From an uncultured Candidatus Binatia bacterium (GTDB taxonomy: Bacteria > Desulfobacterota > Binatia > Bin18), in NCBI GenBank assembly GCA_958296235.1, contig OY282457.1, positions 1,985,684-2,049,683 on the forward strand: 64,000 nt of DNA, read 5' to 3'. This document shows, one piece after another, positions 8,520 to 18,261 of the stretch; position 1 is the first letter of the stretch; each line of letters opens with the position of its first letter. The position numbers and the translations under genes are program-made. The notes below the pieces were generated by a model. The model had not been told where the DNA came from. It saw only the letters and a list, made by a program, of their open reading frames with translations, and searched no databases.

Positions 8520-9617
8520 ATGACTGATTGCACACATATCCACCACAGCCCCACCCTGCGGCGCCTGCTCGGCACCGCGGTAGCATTCCCCGACCCGACG
8601 CACCACCAGAGGTGGAGTAGCGGCGTGCTGCTTGGCCTCGCCGCCGGTAACGTGCTCGGGCTCCGCGGCGAGGGCGCGTGGTACGACGAGATCCCCGCCC
8701 GGTATCCGGGCGGCGTCATTGCGCCCGACCCCCAGGAAAAAGAGCGCCCGATGGACGACGACCTCGCCCAGGCCGTGGAGTTGGCCTTAGCCCTGCTCGC
8801 CAAGGGCGATGTCGTCCGGGCGTTCGCCCGGCACCTGGTACGCTGGCGGCGCAAGAACGGCCGCGGGATGGGCCGCACGACCCGAAGCGTCATCAATCTG
8901 CTGGAAGCCGGCACCTCGCCGTATGAGGCCGCCCGCGTGTGCTACGAGCGGAACCCAATTGCCCCCAACGGTGGCCTCATGCGCTGCGCCCCGGTCGCCG
9001 TCGCCCACCAGCACGCCCCGGAGCGGTTGATCCATGACTCGGCCGCCACCTGTGCCGTCACCCATTACGCCCCCACCTGCCAGTGGTCCTGCATCATCCT
9101 CAATGCCGTCATCGCCCTGCTGCTCCAGGACCCTGACCCGGATGTGCCCGCCGTGCTGGCCGCAGCCACAGCCGACGGCGCCCCGGACCTGCACGCTGCG
9201 GCCGCCGCAGACGGCATTCCAACGGACGTGTTCGCCCGTCTCGCCGCCGGCCTGCCCCCCAGCGCTGACACGTCTTGGTTATGTCGCGACCAGCATCTGA
9301 TTGGCCACACCCTGTTGACGCTACAGGTGGGCTTGTGGGCGGCGGTGACAACGCTGAATTTCGAGGACGCGCTGGTGCAGGTCGTCAGGGCGGGTGGGGA
9401 TACGGACACCAACGCCGCGGTGGCGGGGGCCGTGCTGGGTGCCCGCTACGGGGCGACGGCCATCCCCGACCGCTGGCTGGAGTGTATCCCCGATCTGGAG
9501 CGGATCGACCTGCTGGCCACCCTCTTCGCGACGTTTAACCAGATCATTTGGAGAAAGCGGTTTGAGAGGGTAGTGGCCCTTGACACGGAGGACCAGGCAA
9601 AACCCTCCAGAGGGTAG
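8520..9617 (+). CDS. ADP-ribosylglycohydrolase (DraG/ARH family)
   Basis: GVLLGLAAGNVLG, MDDD (usual TDD position), NGGLMRCAP, VTH, GGDTDTNAAVAGAVLGA, IPDRW; AAGGAG RBS. Confidence 0.9.
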   Translation: MTDCTHIHHSPTLRRLLGTAVAFPDPTHHQRWSSGVLLGLAAGNVLGLRGEGAWYDEIPARYPGGVIAPDPQEKERPMDDDLAQAVELALALLAKGDVVRAFARHLVRWRRKNGRGMGRTTRSVINLLEAGTSPYEAARVCYERNPIAPNGGLMRCAPVAVAHQHAPERLIHDSAATCAVTHYAPTCQWSCIILNAVIALLLQDPDPDVPAVLAAATADGAPDLHAAAAADGIPTDVFARLAAGLPPSADTSWLCRDQHLIGHTLLTLQVGLWAAVTTLNFEDALVQVVRAGGDTDTNAAVAGAVLGARYGATAIPDRWLECIPDLERIDLLATLFATFNQIIWRKRFERVVALDTEDQAKPSRG

Positions 9618-9754
9618 CCCGTCGAGCAAGAGGGCCGTGAACGTTTTGACGAGAGAGAAAGGAGCGAGAACGATGGCGACCGTATTAATTGAGCAGGGTG
9701 GCGGTCCAGACGGTCGGCACCTCATGGAGAGCCAAGAATACGAAGGAGGCAGCA

Positions 9755-10282
9755 ATGGATGAGTCCCGATTCCGAGTCAGCTACTACTATAGCGAAAAAG
9801 AAGGAACCATCGCTATCGACCTTGACGACCTCCACAAGATGCTGAACACCGGTCACGGCTACCACAAGATCATCAAATCCCGGCCTTCGCGTTTCTGCGA
9901 TGTCGTCGGCCGCAGCAGGCTCAATGACGACGGAGTGCTCGTATTCGTAATGGAAGCCGGAGCACTTGAGATAGAACCGATGAACTTTGACCCCGTTCCG
10001 CGCCTGGTGGACATAGGAGAAATAGGACGAGAACATCCCGTCCCCATGCCTAATGTCTCCAAGCCGGGAATCGCCACCGAGGAGCACCCCCCCATCCTGC
10101 CCTGTAAATGGGAAACCATCACCACCTCAGATGGGGTCAAGAAGGATGAGGAGACCGTCACCATTGCTCTCGACGACCTCCAACAGATGTTGAACACCGG
10201 CTACGGCTATCACGAGATTGCCAAATCTCGGGCGGCCGGCTCTGTCTCTATCGTCCGCCGCCGGACTGCACCGTCCTGTTGA
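9755..10282 (+). CDS. Hypothetical protein with an internal repeat
   Basis: AAGGAGG RBS before ATG 9755; TIAIDLDDLHKMLNTGHGYHKIIKSR is repeated as TIALDDLQQMLNTGYGYHEIAKSR. Confidence 0.6.
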   Translation: MDESRFRVSYYYSEKEGTIAIDLDDLHKMLNTGHGYHKIIKSRPSRFCDVVGRSRLNDDGVLVFVMEAGALEIEPMNFDPVPRLVDIGEIGREHPVPMPNVSKPGIATEEHPPILPCKWETITTSDGVKKDEETVTIALDDLQQMLNTGYGYHEIAKSRAAGSVSIVRRRTAPSC

Positions 10283-10382
10283 CGCACAGGACGGACAACC
10301 GATATGGAAGCTCCCTCATGCCCCGGGCCAAGAGGGTTTTCATCATTCCGGGGGAGAGAGCAGGGGAATAAAGGAGTCTACT

Positions 10383-11384
10383 ATGACGTGGTTTGAAGAA
10401 CTGACCGGCTTTTCAGAAGAGTCCCCCGAGCAGGTACGGGCGAATCTCAGCGTGGACGGTCAGGTGTTGCGATCTCATGTCACCGGGAAAACGCTGGTGT
10501 GTGGCGAACTGGAAACGCCGTCCTTGGCCGAGTTGCGCCACCGGGTCCAAGCGAGCGGGTATGAGACTGGAGCCATGACGATCCGCGAGGTCGTTGCCAA
10601 CGTCCAGAAGTTGCACACGAACGCGGCGAATACAGGCGCGTTGTTTCAGGTCGCGTCCCAGTTCAATCTGCTTGAAATGACGGGTCCAGGGGTCACCCCT
10701 GAGGAGGGGGTTGGCATTTATGAGCATGATCTCACTCAGGGACCGGCGTGTGCCATCGCGGCTGGGGCGGGCACGATCTATCGCAACTACTTTGCCCCCG
10801 TGAACGGACAGACCGGGCAATCCGCCACCAACCAAATCGATTGCCTGGCGGATATCGGCGCGGCCCTGGGCAATACCGAGAATCGTCTGTGGGACATGCG
10901 CAACGGGTATGCGTGGCCTTCATATGAGGGGTTAGTCGAGATTGGGGAGTGCCTGCGCGCGGCGAGTAAGCCGGAGCTGGATGAGTTGCGCCAACTGCTC
11001 CGCATCGGTCTTCAGTGGCACACGCAAGTGACGCTCGATGACTGCACCCATACGGTCTCCCAAGCCTGTTGTTCTGCCTTGCCGGTCGGCTATCTGGATC
11101 ATTCTCATGAACTGTGGACCGAGTTCGCCCGGCTCGTTCTGGAGGCGACCTACGAGGCCACGCTCTGCGCGGCTCTCGTGAATGCGCGCCAAACCGGCAA
11201 CAAAACGGTATTTCTGACCCTGGTCGGTGGCGGAGTGTTTGAGAACGACCCCGATTGGATTCTCAGCGGCCTCCAACGCGCTTTGGACCTCTACCAGGAT
11301 GCTGCTCTTGACGTCGCCATTGTTAGCTATGGGTCGTCAAATCCAGATATCCAGCATCTTGTGAGCCACACAGATTACGATTAG
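10383..11384 (+). CDS. Conserved hypothetical protein, possibly macrodomain/PARG-like
   Basis: AAGGAG RBS; MTWFEELTGF, ALFQVASQFNLLEM, YEHDLTQGPACAIAAG, FLTLVGGGVFEN (resembles the macrodomain G-x-G-x-F loop). Confidence 0.7.
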   Translation: MTWFEELTGFSEESPEQVRANLSVDGQVLRSHVTGKTLVCGELETPSLAELRHRVQASGYETGAMTIREVVANVQKLHTNAANTGALFQVASQFNLLEMTGPGVTPEEGVGIYEHDLTQGPACAIAAGAGTIYRNYFAPVNGQTGQSATNQIDCLADIGAALGNTENRLWDMRNGYAWPSYEGLVEIGECLRAASKPELDELRQLLRIGLQWHTQVTLDDCTHTVSQACCSALPVGYLDHSHELWTEFARLVLEATYEATLCAALVNARQTGNKTVFLTLVGGGVFENDPDWILSGLQRALDLYQDAALDVAIVSYGSSNPDIQHLVSHTDYD

Positions 11385-11463
11385 CTGCAACATAACGAAC
11401 CGTGATTTACCGGCAGTTGTGACAGATGCAGCAATACCGCTGGCAGCGGGGTCGGGCGGTATC

Positions 11464-11547
11464 TTATTCAGGAGAGAGCGCCAATAAGTTGTCGGCCAGC
11501 GTTTCGATCCGCTCGCGCTCAGGAATGCAGTCCAGCCAGTCGCGCGG
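11464..11547 (-). pseudogene. C-terminal remnant of a second ADP-ribosylglycohydrolase
   Basis: PRDWLDCIPERERIETLADNLLALSPE* aligns with PDRWLECIPDLERIDLLA of 8520..9617. Confidence 0.6.
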
Positions 11548-11643
11548 GCCGTTGATAAAGCCGGTCACACTCTCCACGGTGGTCTGCGACCGCTCAATAT
11601 TGAACAAGTGGCTGTGTTGGACAGGATGAGCATCTCGGCGTTC

Positions 11644-11776
11644 GGAATGCGGCGCGATAAGACCACCGAGTTAATGCACGTCACCCCGGAAAAGTCACCT
11701 CAGGCACGGTCCGCATAGCTCGTTCAATCGCCTCAGCCGGATACTCGTAGCGTTCGAGTTTTCCGGCGTGGTAGTC
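11644..11776 (-). repeat. trpB2 3' end, att-like direct repeat copy B
   Basis: Partner of 8126-8258; the gene-internal 48 bp are identical. Confidence 0.95.
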
Positions 11777-13063
11777 GGCATAGGCGCTCATATCAAAATG
11801 ACCGTGGCCGCTCAGATTAAACGCAATGACTTTCTTTTCGCCGCTTTCCCGGCACTGCACAGCCTCATTCATCGCCGCGCAGATTGCGTGGTTGGACTCG
11901 GGCGCCGGCACTATCCCTTCGGCCCTGGCAAACGCCACACCGGCCTCAAAGGTCGCAAGCTGATCAAACGCGGTGGCCTCAATATGACCGCTGTGCGCCA
12001 GCGCACTCACGTGTGGAGCCATGCCATGATAGCGCAGCCCGCCGGCATGGATGGTCGCCGGCATAAACGAATGACCCAGCGTGTACATCTGACAAATCGG
12101 CGCAACACCGCCAGCGTCGGCCCAATCCCAGGTGAAAGAACCTTTGGTTAAGGTCGGACAGGCGGCCGGCTCAACTGCGATAATACGCGTGTTCTTGCCC
12201 TGCTTGAGTTTCTCTCGGACGAACGGAAAGGCAAAACCGGCAAAATTCGATCCGCCCCCGGCGCAGCCGATGACAATGTCCGGGTACTCGCCGGCCATCT
12301 CCATTTGGCGTAATGCCTCTTCACCAATAATGGTTTGATGCAGCAACACATGCGGGAGAAAAGAGCCCAGACTGTACTTTTTCGTCCCGCCGGACTGTTG
12401 GGCGGCTTCAATCCCTTCTGAGACGGCCAGCCCCAATGAGCCGGGATGGTCCGGGTCTTCAGCCAGAAACCGCCGTCCCACTTCGGTTCGGTCGGACGGA
12501 CTGGCAAACACCTCAGCGCCATAGGTCGCAATCACGTGGCGACGATAGGGCTTTTGCTGAAACGAGATACGGACCATATACACTTCGCAGCCCAGCCCGA
12601 ACATATTGCATGCCATAGCCAGGGCCGTGCCCCACTGGCCCGCGCCCGTTTCTGTCGTCAGCGTCTTGATACCTTCTTGCTTGGCATAAAACGCCTGGGC
12701 CACAGCCGTGTTCGGCTTATGTGAACCAACCGGACTGACACCTTCATATTTGTAATAGATGTGGGCTGGGGTCTGGAGCGCCCGCTCCAGCCGGCGGGCC
12801 CGAAAAAAGGGGGTTGGTCGCCAGAGTGTATAGATATCGCGGACCGGCTCCGGGATTTCAATATAGCGCTCTTGGCTGACATCCTGAGCGAGGAGGGCTG
12901 TTGGCGTAAAGGAAGCCAGGTACTCGGGTGTGACCGGCTGTTTGGTTTCCGGGTGGAGCGGCGGCATCAGGGGTGCGGGCATGTCGGCATTGATGTTATA
13001 CCACGCCGTGGGCATCTGGTGTTCTTCAAGCAGATATTTGGTCTGGTCACTCATGCGGGTCAT
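11681..13063 (-). CDS. trpB2: TrpB-like PLP-dependent enzyme (tryptophan synthase beta, TrpB2 type)
   Basis: [65 protein letters not shown]; start may be ATG at 13054. Confidence 0.93.
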   Translation of the reverse strand: MTRMSDQTKYLLEEHQMPTAWYNINADMPAPLMPPLHPETKQPVTPEYLASFTPTALLAQDVSQERYIEIPEPVRDIYTLWRPTPFFRARRLERALQTPAHIYYKYEGVSPVGSHKPNTAVAQAFYAKQEGIKTLTTETGAGQWGTALAMACNMFGLGCEVYMVRISFQQKPYRRHVIATYGAEVFASPSDRTEVGRRFLAEDPDHPGSLGLAVSEGIEAAQQSGGTKKYSLGSFLPHVLLHQTIIGEEALRQMEMAGEYPDIVIGCAGGGSNFAGFAFPFVREKLKQGKNTRIIAVEPAACPTLTKGSFTWDWADAGGVAPICQMYTLGHSFMPATIHAGGLRYHGMAPHVSALAHSGHIEATAFDQLATFEAGVAFARAEGIVPAPESNHAICAAMNEAVQCRESGEKKVIAFNLSGHGHFDMSAYADYHAGKLERYEYPAEAIERAMRTVPEVTFPG

Positions 13064-13089
13064 CCTTGGAACGGGTCAGCGTCCGCTCG

Positions 13090-14943
13090 CTACGCCTGTG
13101 TCACGTCGCGGACCGCTCCACGGGCCGCGCTGGTTGTCAGCGCCGCATAGGCTTGCAGGGCGGCTGACACCGGGCGTTTACGTCCGAGCGGCTTGTAGGC
13201 GTCCTTGCCTTTGGTCTCCATCTTTTTGCGCCGTTCGGCCAGCTCTTCTTCCGAGAGCAGGACGTTGATCGAGCGCTGCGGGATATCGATACGGATGATG
13301 TCGCCCTCTTCGACCAGGGCAATAACGCCGCCTTCCGCGGCTTCGGGCGACACATGCCCGATCGACAGGCCGCTGGTGCCGCCGCTGAAACGACCATCAG
13401 TCACCAGCGCGCATTGGGCGCCCAGATGTTTGGACTTGATATAGGAAGTCGGGTAGAGCATCTCCTGCATCCCTGGTCCCCCGCGTGGGCCTTCATAGCG
13501 AATGACCACCACATCGCCGGGCCGGAGCTGATCGCCGAGGATGCCCTCGCAGGCCGCGTCTTGCGATTCGAATATACGTGCCGGACCCTCCATGACCCAG
13601 ATGGATTCGTCCACGCCGGCGGTTTTGACAATACAGCCGTCCTCGGCCAGATTGCCGTACAGGACGGCCAGACCACCATCCTGGCTGTAGGCAAACTCGG
13701 TCGAACGAATGCAGCCCTTGATCGCGTCCTTGTCCGGGGTGTCATAATACGGATTGTGTGCAAAGGCTTCTTTGGTGCGGATATTACACGGCGCCGCCAG
13801 GCTGCGTTTGCGGGCAAACTCGTCCGGCTGCTCGCGTCTGATGTCGTTCGCTTCGAGCATTTCGCCCAGTGTCAGGCCCGTCACCGTCTTGACGTTGGTA
13901 TGCAGTTTCCCGGCGCGCTCCAGTTCACCCAGAATCGTGGCGATGCCGCCAGCGCGGGCGCAGTCTTCAATATGGTAGATGGCCGAGGCTGGGGCGAGTT
14001 TGCATATACAGGGCACGCTGCGCGACAGCCGGTCGATATCAGCCATCGTGAAATCGACTTCCGCCTCTTGGGCCGCGGCTAACAAGTGGAGAACCGTGTT
14101 GGTCGATCCACCCATAGCGATATCCAGGGTGATCGCATTTTCAAAGGCTTCAAACGTGGCAATGCTGCGTGGCAATACCGAGTCGTCGCCTTCGACATAA
14201 TAGGCGTTGGCCATCTCGACAATGCGTTTGGCGGCCCGCTGAAAGAGTTCCCAGCGCAGGGCGTGCGTAGCCAGGATGGTGCCATTGCCCGGCAACGCCA
14301 GGCCGATGGCCTCGTTCAGGCAGTTCATGCTGTTGGCGGTAAACATGCCGGAGCACGAGCCGCAGGTCGGGCAGGCCGCCTCTTCCATCTTCTCGACATC
14401 TTCATCGCTGAGCGAGTCGTCACCGGCCCCGATCATGGCGTTGACCAGATCGAGCTTGGCCAGGCCGGTAGACAGCTCGGTCTTACCGGCCTCCATCGGA
14501 CCGCCGGAGACAAAAACGGCCGGAATGTTCAGCCGCATGGCCGCCAGCAACATACCTGGGGTGATCTTGTCGCAGTTAGAGATGCAAATCATCGCATCGG
14601 CTTTATGCGCCTGAACCATGTACTCGACACTATCGGCAATCAACTCGCGGCTGGGCAGAGAATACAGCATCCCGTCGTGGCCCATGGCAATGCCGTCATC
14701 CACCGCGATCGTATTGAACTCGACGCCGTAGCCGCCGTTGGCATCCACCACCTGTTTGACCCGCTGTCCGATCTCGTGCAGATGGACATGACCGGGCACG
14801 AACTGGGTAAACGAATTGGCAATGGCAATAATCGGTTTTTGGAAATCTTCCTTTTTCATACCGGTCGCCCGCCACAGGGCGCGCGCACCGGCCATACGCC
14901 GTCCTTGGGTGGTGATGCTGCTCCGAAATCCGCGCTGTTGCAT
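13090..14943 (-). CDS. ilvD: Dihydroxy-acid dehydratase
   Basis: [66 protein letters not shown]. Confidence 0.97.
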   Translation of the reverse strand: MQQRGFRSSITTQGRRMAGARALWRATGMKKEDFQKPIIAIANSFTQFVPGHVHLHEIGQRVKQVVDANGGYGVEFNTIAVDDGIAMGHDGMLYSLPSRELIADSVEYMVQAHKADAMICISNCDKITPGMLLAAMRLNIPAVFVSGGPMEAGKTELSTGLAKLDLVNAMIGAGDDSLSDEDVEKMEEAACPTCGSCSGMFTANSMNCLNEAIGLALPGNGTILATHALRWELFQRAAKRIVEMANAYYVEGDDSVLPRSIATFEAFENAITLDIAMGGSTNTVLHLLAAAQEAEVDFTMADIDRLSRSVPCICKLAPASAIYHIEDCARAGGIATILGELERAGKLHTNVKTVTGLTLGEMLEANDIRREQPDEFARKRSLAAPCNIRTKEAFAHNPYYDTPDKDAIKGCIRSTEFAYSQDGGLAVLYGNLAEDGCIVKTAGVDESIWVMEGPARIFESQDAACEGILGDQLRPGDVVVIRYEGPRGGPGMQEMLYPTSYIKSKHLGAQCALVTDGRFSGGTSGLSIGHVSPEAAEGGVIALVEEGDIIRIDIPQRSINVLLSEEELAERRKKMETKGKDAYKPLGRKRPVSAALQAYAALTTSAARGAVRDVTQA

Positions 14944-15160
14944 AATGCTGTACCCTCCTCATGATGAGTAAACGTGCCAACATTTGCCTGTCTGTTGGAG
15001 GGCGCGTTTACTCATTTGCAGTAAGCTCGAAAACATAGCATCTTTTTTTCCGGCAGTCGTTAGGCTGATGATCTTTTATATTTATCCTGGCCGTGCCAAG
15101 AGTGGTCAGGAATGTAGTGAAGGCTGCTGGAAGATGGTAGACAAACAAAAGAGGTGATTT

Positions 15161-15367
15161 ATGGTCAACCTGGAACCCCTGACGCTGGCGGAACTCATTA
15201 ACTCACTCATAGGGATAGCTGGCTTGTCTCTGGTGGCGTGGGGCATTAATGAGATGCGCAACAGCAACATTGACCGAAAGGCAAACGCTGAAGTCCTGCA
15301 GGGCGTAGCCCGGACGCTGAATGCGCATACCGCTGCTTTGGAGCGTTTGCTGGGGAAGCGCGAATAA
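15161..15367 (+). CDS. Small single-TM hypothetical protein with a helical tail
   Basis: GAGGTG RBS; hydrophobic LIGIAGLSLVAWG segment. Confidence 0.55.
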   Translation: MVNLEPLTLAELINSLIGIAGLSLVAWGINEMRNSNIDRKANAEVLQGVARTLNAHTAALERLLGKRE

Positions 15368-15433
15368 AGAAGCCTGTCTGCGCCCCGCGTCCAGCAGCGT
15401 GAGCGGAGATGTAAGAAGGAGGAATACAGCATC

Positions 15434-16195
15434 ATGGCAGGGCAAGTAGACGGAAAAATTGCATTGGTGACTGGCGGCGGGTCGGGCATTGGCCGGTCTG
15501 CGTCATTAGCGTTAGCCCGCGAAGGCGCATCGGTCGTTGTTTCCGATGTGGTTGTTGAAGGTGGAGAGCAGACGGTCAATTTCATCAAATCCGCCGGGGG
15601 CGAGGCCGTGTTTGCGCAAACCGACGTGGCCCAGGCTGCGGAAGTCGAGGCATTAGTCAAGCAAACGGTGGAGACGTATGGGCGGCTTGACTGCGCCTTC
15701 AACAACGCTGGAATTGCCGGCGCGGCGGCGCGAACCGCTGACTACACCGAGAAACACTGGGAGCGGGTGATTGCGATTAACCTGACCGGGGTATGGCTGT
15801 GCATGAAGTATGAGCTCCAGCATATGCTGACGCAGGGCAGCGGCGCGATTGTCAATACCGCCTCAGTTGCCGGTCTGGTCGGTTTTCGGAGTGGACCGGC
15901 CTACGTGGCGGCAAAGCACGGAGTGGTCGGACTGACTAAGACCGCGGCCTTGGAATACGCCAAATCCGGCATTCGAGTGAACGCTGTCTGTCCGGGGGTC
16001 ATCCGCACCCCGATGTTCGAACGCGGCCTGGAGATAGACCCGCGCATAGAAGACGGCATGACCGCCAAAGAGCCGATTGGTCGCTTGGGAAAACCTGAGG
16101 AGATTGCCGAAGCCGTGGTCTGGCTCTGCTCCGACGCGGCGTCGTTTGTGACTGGCCATCCGATGGTTGTTGATGGTGGTTGGGTTGCCCAGTAG
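15434..16195 (+). CDS. SDR family oxidoreductase
   Basis: [19 protein letters not shown] (YxxxK), VNAVCPG. Confidence 0.95.
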   Translation: MAGQVDGKIALVTGGGSGIGRSASLALAREGASVVVSDVVVEGGEQTVNFIKSAGGEAVFAQTDVAQAAEVEALVKQTVETYGRLDCAFNNAGIAGAAARTADYTEKHWERVIAINLTGVWLCMKYELQHMLTQGSGAIVNTASVAGLVGFRSGPAYVAAKHGVVGLTKTAALEYAKSGIRVNAVCPGVIRTPMFERGLEIDPRIEDGMTAKEPIGRLGKPEEIAEAVVWLCSDAASFVTGHPMVVDGGWVAQ

Positions 16196-16276
16196 GACCA
16201 TATTCTTCCCAGCGACCCGTACGCTGTCCCGCTCTCTGCCAGGGAGCGGGACAAGAGCGGACAGCACGCAACCTGC

Positions 16277-16369
16277 CTACGTCTTTTGCCCAAACGCGCT
16301 CACCGTCTCCGAGCGAGAGCCGGTCTCTTCAACATGCAGGCTGACGCCATTTATTGGGATGCGTGTCAT
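16277..16369 (-). pseudogene. Internally deleted alpha/beta-hydrolase remnant
   Basis: MTRIPINGVSLHVEETGSRSETVSAFGQKT* after a GGAAGGA RBS; the N-terminus matches the usual hydrolase start (ING..LH.EE.G). Confidence 0.5.
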
Positions 16370-16387
16370 GCGCAATCCTTCCGAGCG

Positions 16388-17458
16388 CTATTTCTTTGGC
16401 CGACCCACTCGCGGGATGCCGGCCATCGTTTCGTTTGCCAGTTCCGTGCGGACGAGCCGGACGCCGTCTGCCAAGGCTTTCATTTTTCCGCGCGCGGCGG
16501 TCCGAGAGCGGGGGATCATGCCACAGTCCGTACACGGGTAGAGTTTGTCCGGCGCGACATAGGGCAGCGCGGCTCGAATGCGTTCCGCAACGGTTGCAGG
16601 TGTCTCAACGTCCTCTGTCCCCACATCAATAACGCCAACCATGAGGTCTTTGCCTCGGGCCAGTTCGAGGACGGACGGATCAACGCCCGAGGCCGCGCAT
16701 TCGACTGAGATCATATCGAGCGTACTGGTACGCAGAAGGGGCAGCGTGCGGTGATAATGGCGCCAGTCCGTATTCGTTGTCTTCCAGGCCAGGACCTGCG
16801 GAACGCCATAGCCGTAGCAGATATGGACCGCGGTCTTTGCCCGGACTCCCTCGGCCGCGGCTTCCAGCGTGGCGATACCCCACTCCTCAACCGCATCGAG
16901 ATAGATATTAAAGCACGGCTCATCAAACTGAATAATGTCACAGCCGTTTTCGGCCAGCTCGCGCGCCTCATCATTGAGGACCCTAGCCAAATCCAAGGCG
17001 AGACGCCGCGGCTCCCCGTAGTGCTCATCCGCCAGGGTGTCTGCGGTTGTCATCGGACCCGGAAGGGTGACTTTCACCGGCAGAGTCGTGTGTCGTTTGA
17101 GGAAGCGGAGCGCGTCCAGAAAAATGGCGCGAGGTCGTCGGACCGGTCCCGTTACCCGCGCGACATCTATCCGTGTCTTATACCGACCGCCGCGCGTTTC
17201 CTTTTTGACCATACGGTTGAAATCAATCCCGGTCAGTCCCTCGGTAAATCCCCAGATATAGTGCCGCCGTCGCTGTTCGCCGTCGGTTACAATATCCATG
17301 CCGGCGGCGTGCTGATCGACCACGGCCAGACGCACGGCATCGTCCTGGCCTTCGCGCAAGGCGTCAGCCTCAAGCCGCAGGGAGACAGACGAGATGTGGT
17401 TCTGCGGGGCGAGCCACGTCGGGCGCGGCAGACTGCCGGTAATCATTGTTTTCAGCAT
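16388..17458 (-). CDS. Cobalamin-independent methionine synthase family, single-domain (MetE C-terminal-like)
   Basis: TGSLPRP, TDGEQRR, LPGPMT, IQFDEP, Zn ligands HICYG and PCTDCG. Confidence 0.9.
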   Translation of the reverse strand: MLKTMITGSLPRPTWLAPQNHISSVSLRLEADALREGQDDAVRLAVVDQHAAGMDIVTDGEQRRRHYIWGFTEGLTGIDFNRMVKKETRGGRYKTRIDVARVTGPVRRPRAIFLDALRFLKRHTTLPVKVTLPGPMTTADTLADEHYGEPRRLALDLARVLNDEARELAENGCDIIQFDEPCFNIYLDAVEEWGIATLEAAAEGVRAKTAVHICYGYGVPQVLAWKTTNTDWRHYHRTLPLLRTSTLDMISVECAASGVDPSVLELARGKDLMVGVIDVGTEDVETPATVAERIRAALPYVAPDKLYPCTDCGMIPRSRTAARGKMKALADGVRLVRTELANETMAGIPRVGRPKK

Positions 17459-17572
17459 GATATTCCCCTTTTGTGAAGACCTGGGGTTTGGGGATGTGAC
17501 GGAAACAACTAGGATTTTTCGGGATCTTCTTTTGTGTGGTTTTGGCGAGTCCGTACGCCGTTAGACATACCT

Positions 17573-17845
17573 TTATGAAAAGATGTCTGAGTGGGTTCCA
17601 GTCCGCAAGAACTTTATTTGCTCAGGGTCTTCGTCGTTCCAGATAAGAAGCCAATCTGATTCGATATGACATTCCCATGACGAAACCCATTTTCCCTTCA
17701 ACGGGTGTGGCTTATAGCTTTGGTCAAGCTGCTCTCCACGCAGGAGCGTGGACATGACTGTTTGGAGCTTGGTAACATCCTTTCTTCGTTGCTGCGCTTT
17801 TTTGAAATCCCTTTTGAACTGTGTTGTTTGATACGCTTTAATCAT
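17573..17845 (-). CDS. yafQ: Type II TA toxin, YafQ family
   Basis: TTQFKRDFKK, HPLKGKW, ECHIESDWLLI, RTGTHSDIF. Confidence 0.9.
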   Translation of the reverse strand: MIKAYQTTQFKRDFKKAQQRRKDVTKLQTVMSTLLRGEQLDQSYKPHPLKGKWVSSWECHIESDWLLIWNDEDPEQIKFLRTGTHSDIFS

Positions 17846-18062
17846 CAGCGTTCAAATCAGCCCACAGGTCTTCAAAACTATGAAAGGGACCGACCAATCC
17901 CTCTCCCGTTCGCGCTTGGTGAATGGCCTCAAGACTTTCTGCATTAGGGACCTTTGACTGAGTGGTCCGCCCTCCTTTCCTTCTTTGAACTTGCCCATGT
18001 GCCCGTCCCTTCAACAGACTCATCGCATACCGATTTTCCGCGCCGTCCGGTTTGTCAGCCAT
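17838..18062 (-). CDS. Cognate antitoxin (DinJ/RelB-like C-terminus)
   Basis: PNAESLEAI...FHSFEDLWADL; overlaps the toxin start; AGAGGAGG RBS. Confidence 0.7.
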   Translation of the reverse strand: MADKPDGAENRYAMSLLKGRAHGQVQRRKGGRTTQSKVPNAESLEAIHQARTGEGLVGPFHSFEDLWADLNADD

Positions 18063-18261
18063 GCGCGTCCTCCTCTGGTTATTATTTGCAGAAAATATAA
18101 AACAACATAAAACACGTAACGGCTTGGATTATAAGCGTCAAGCCTCTTCGGTACTGTCCTGAACTTAAAACGGCCTAATTAGGGCAGTACCGACGTGTCC
18201 CTGGTTCCCGCGGAACGGTTTTGGTACAGTTCAGCGCAACGCTTTGAGGAATGGAGCCATT

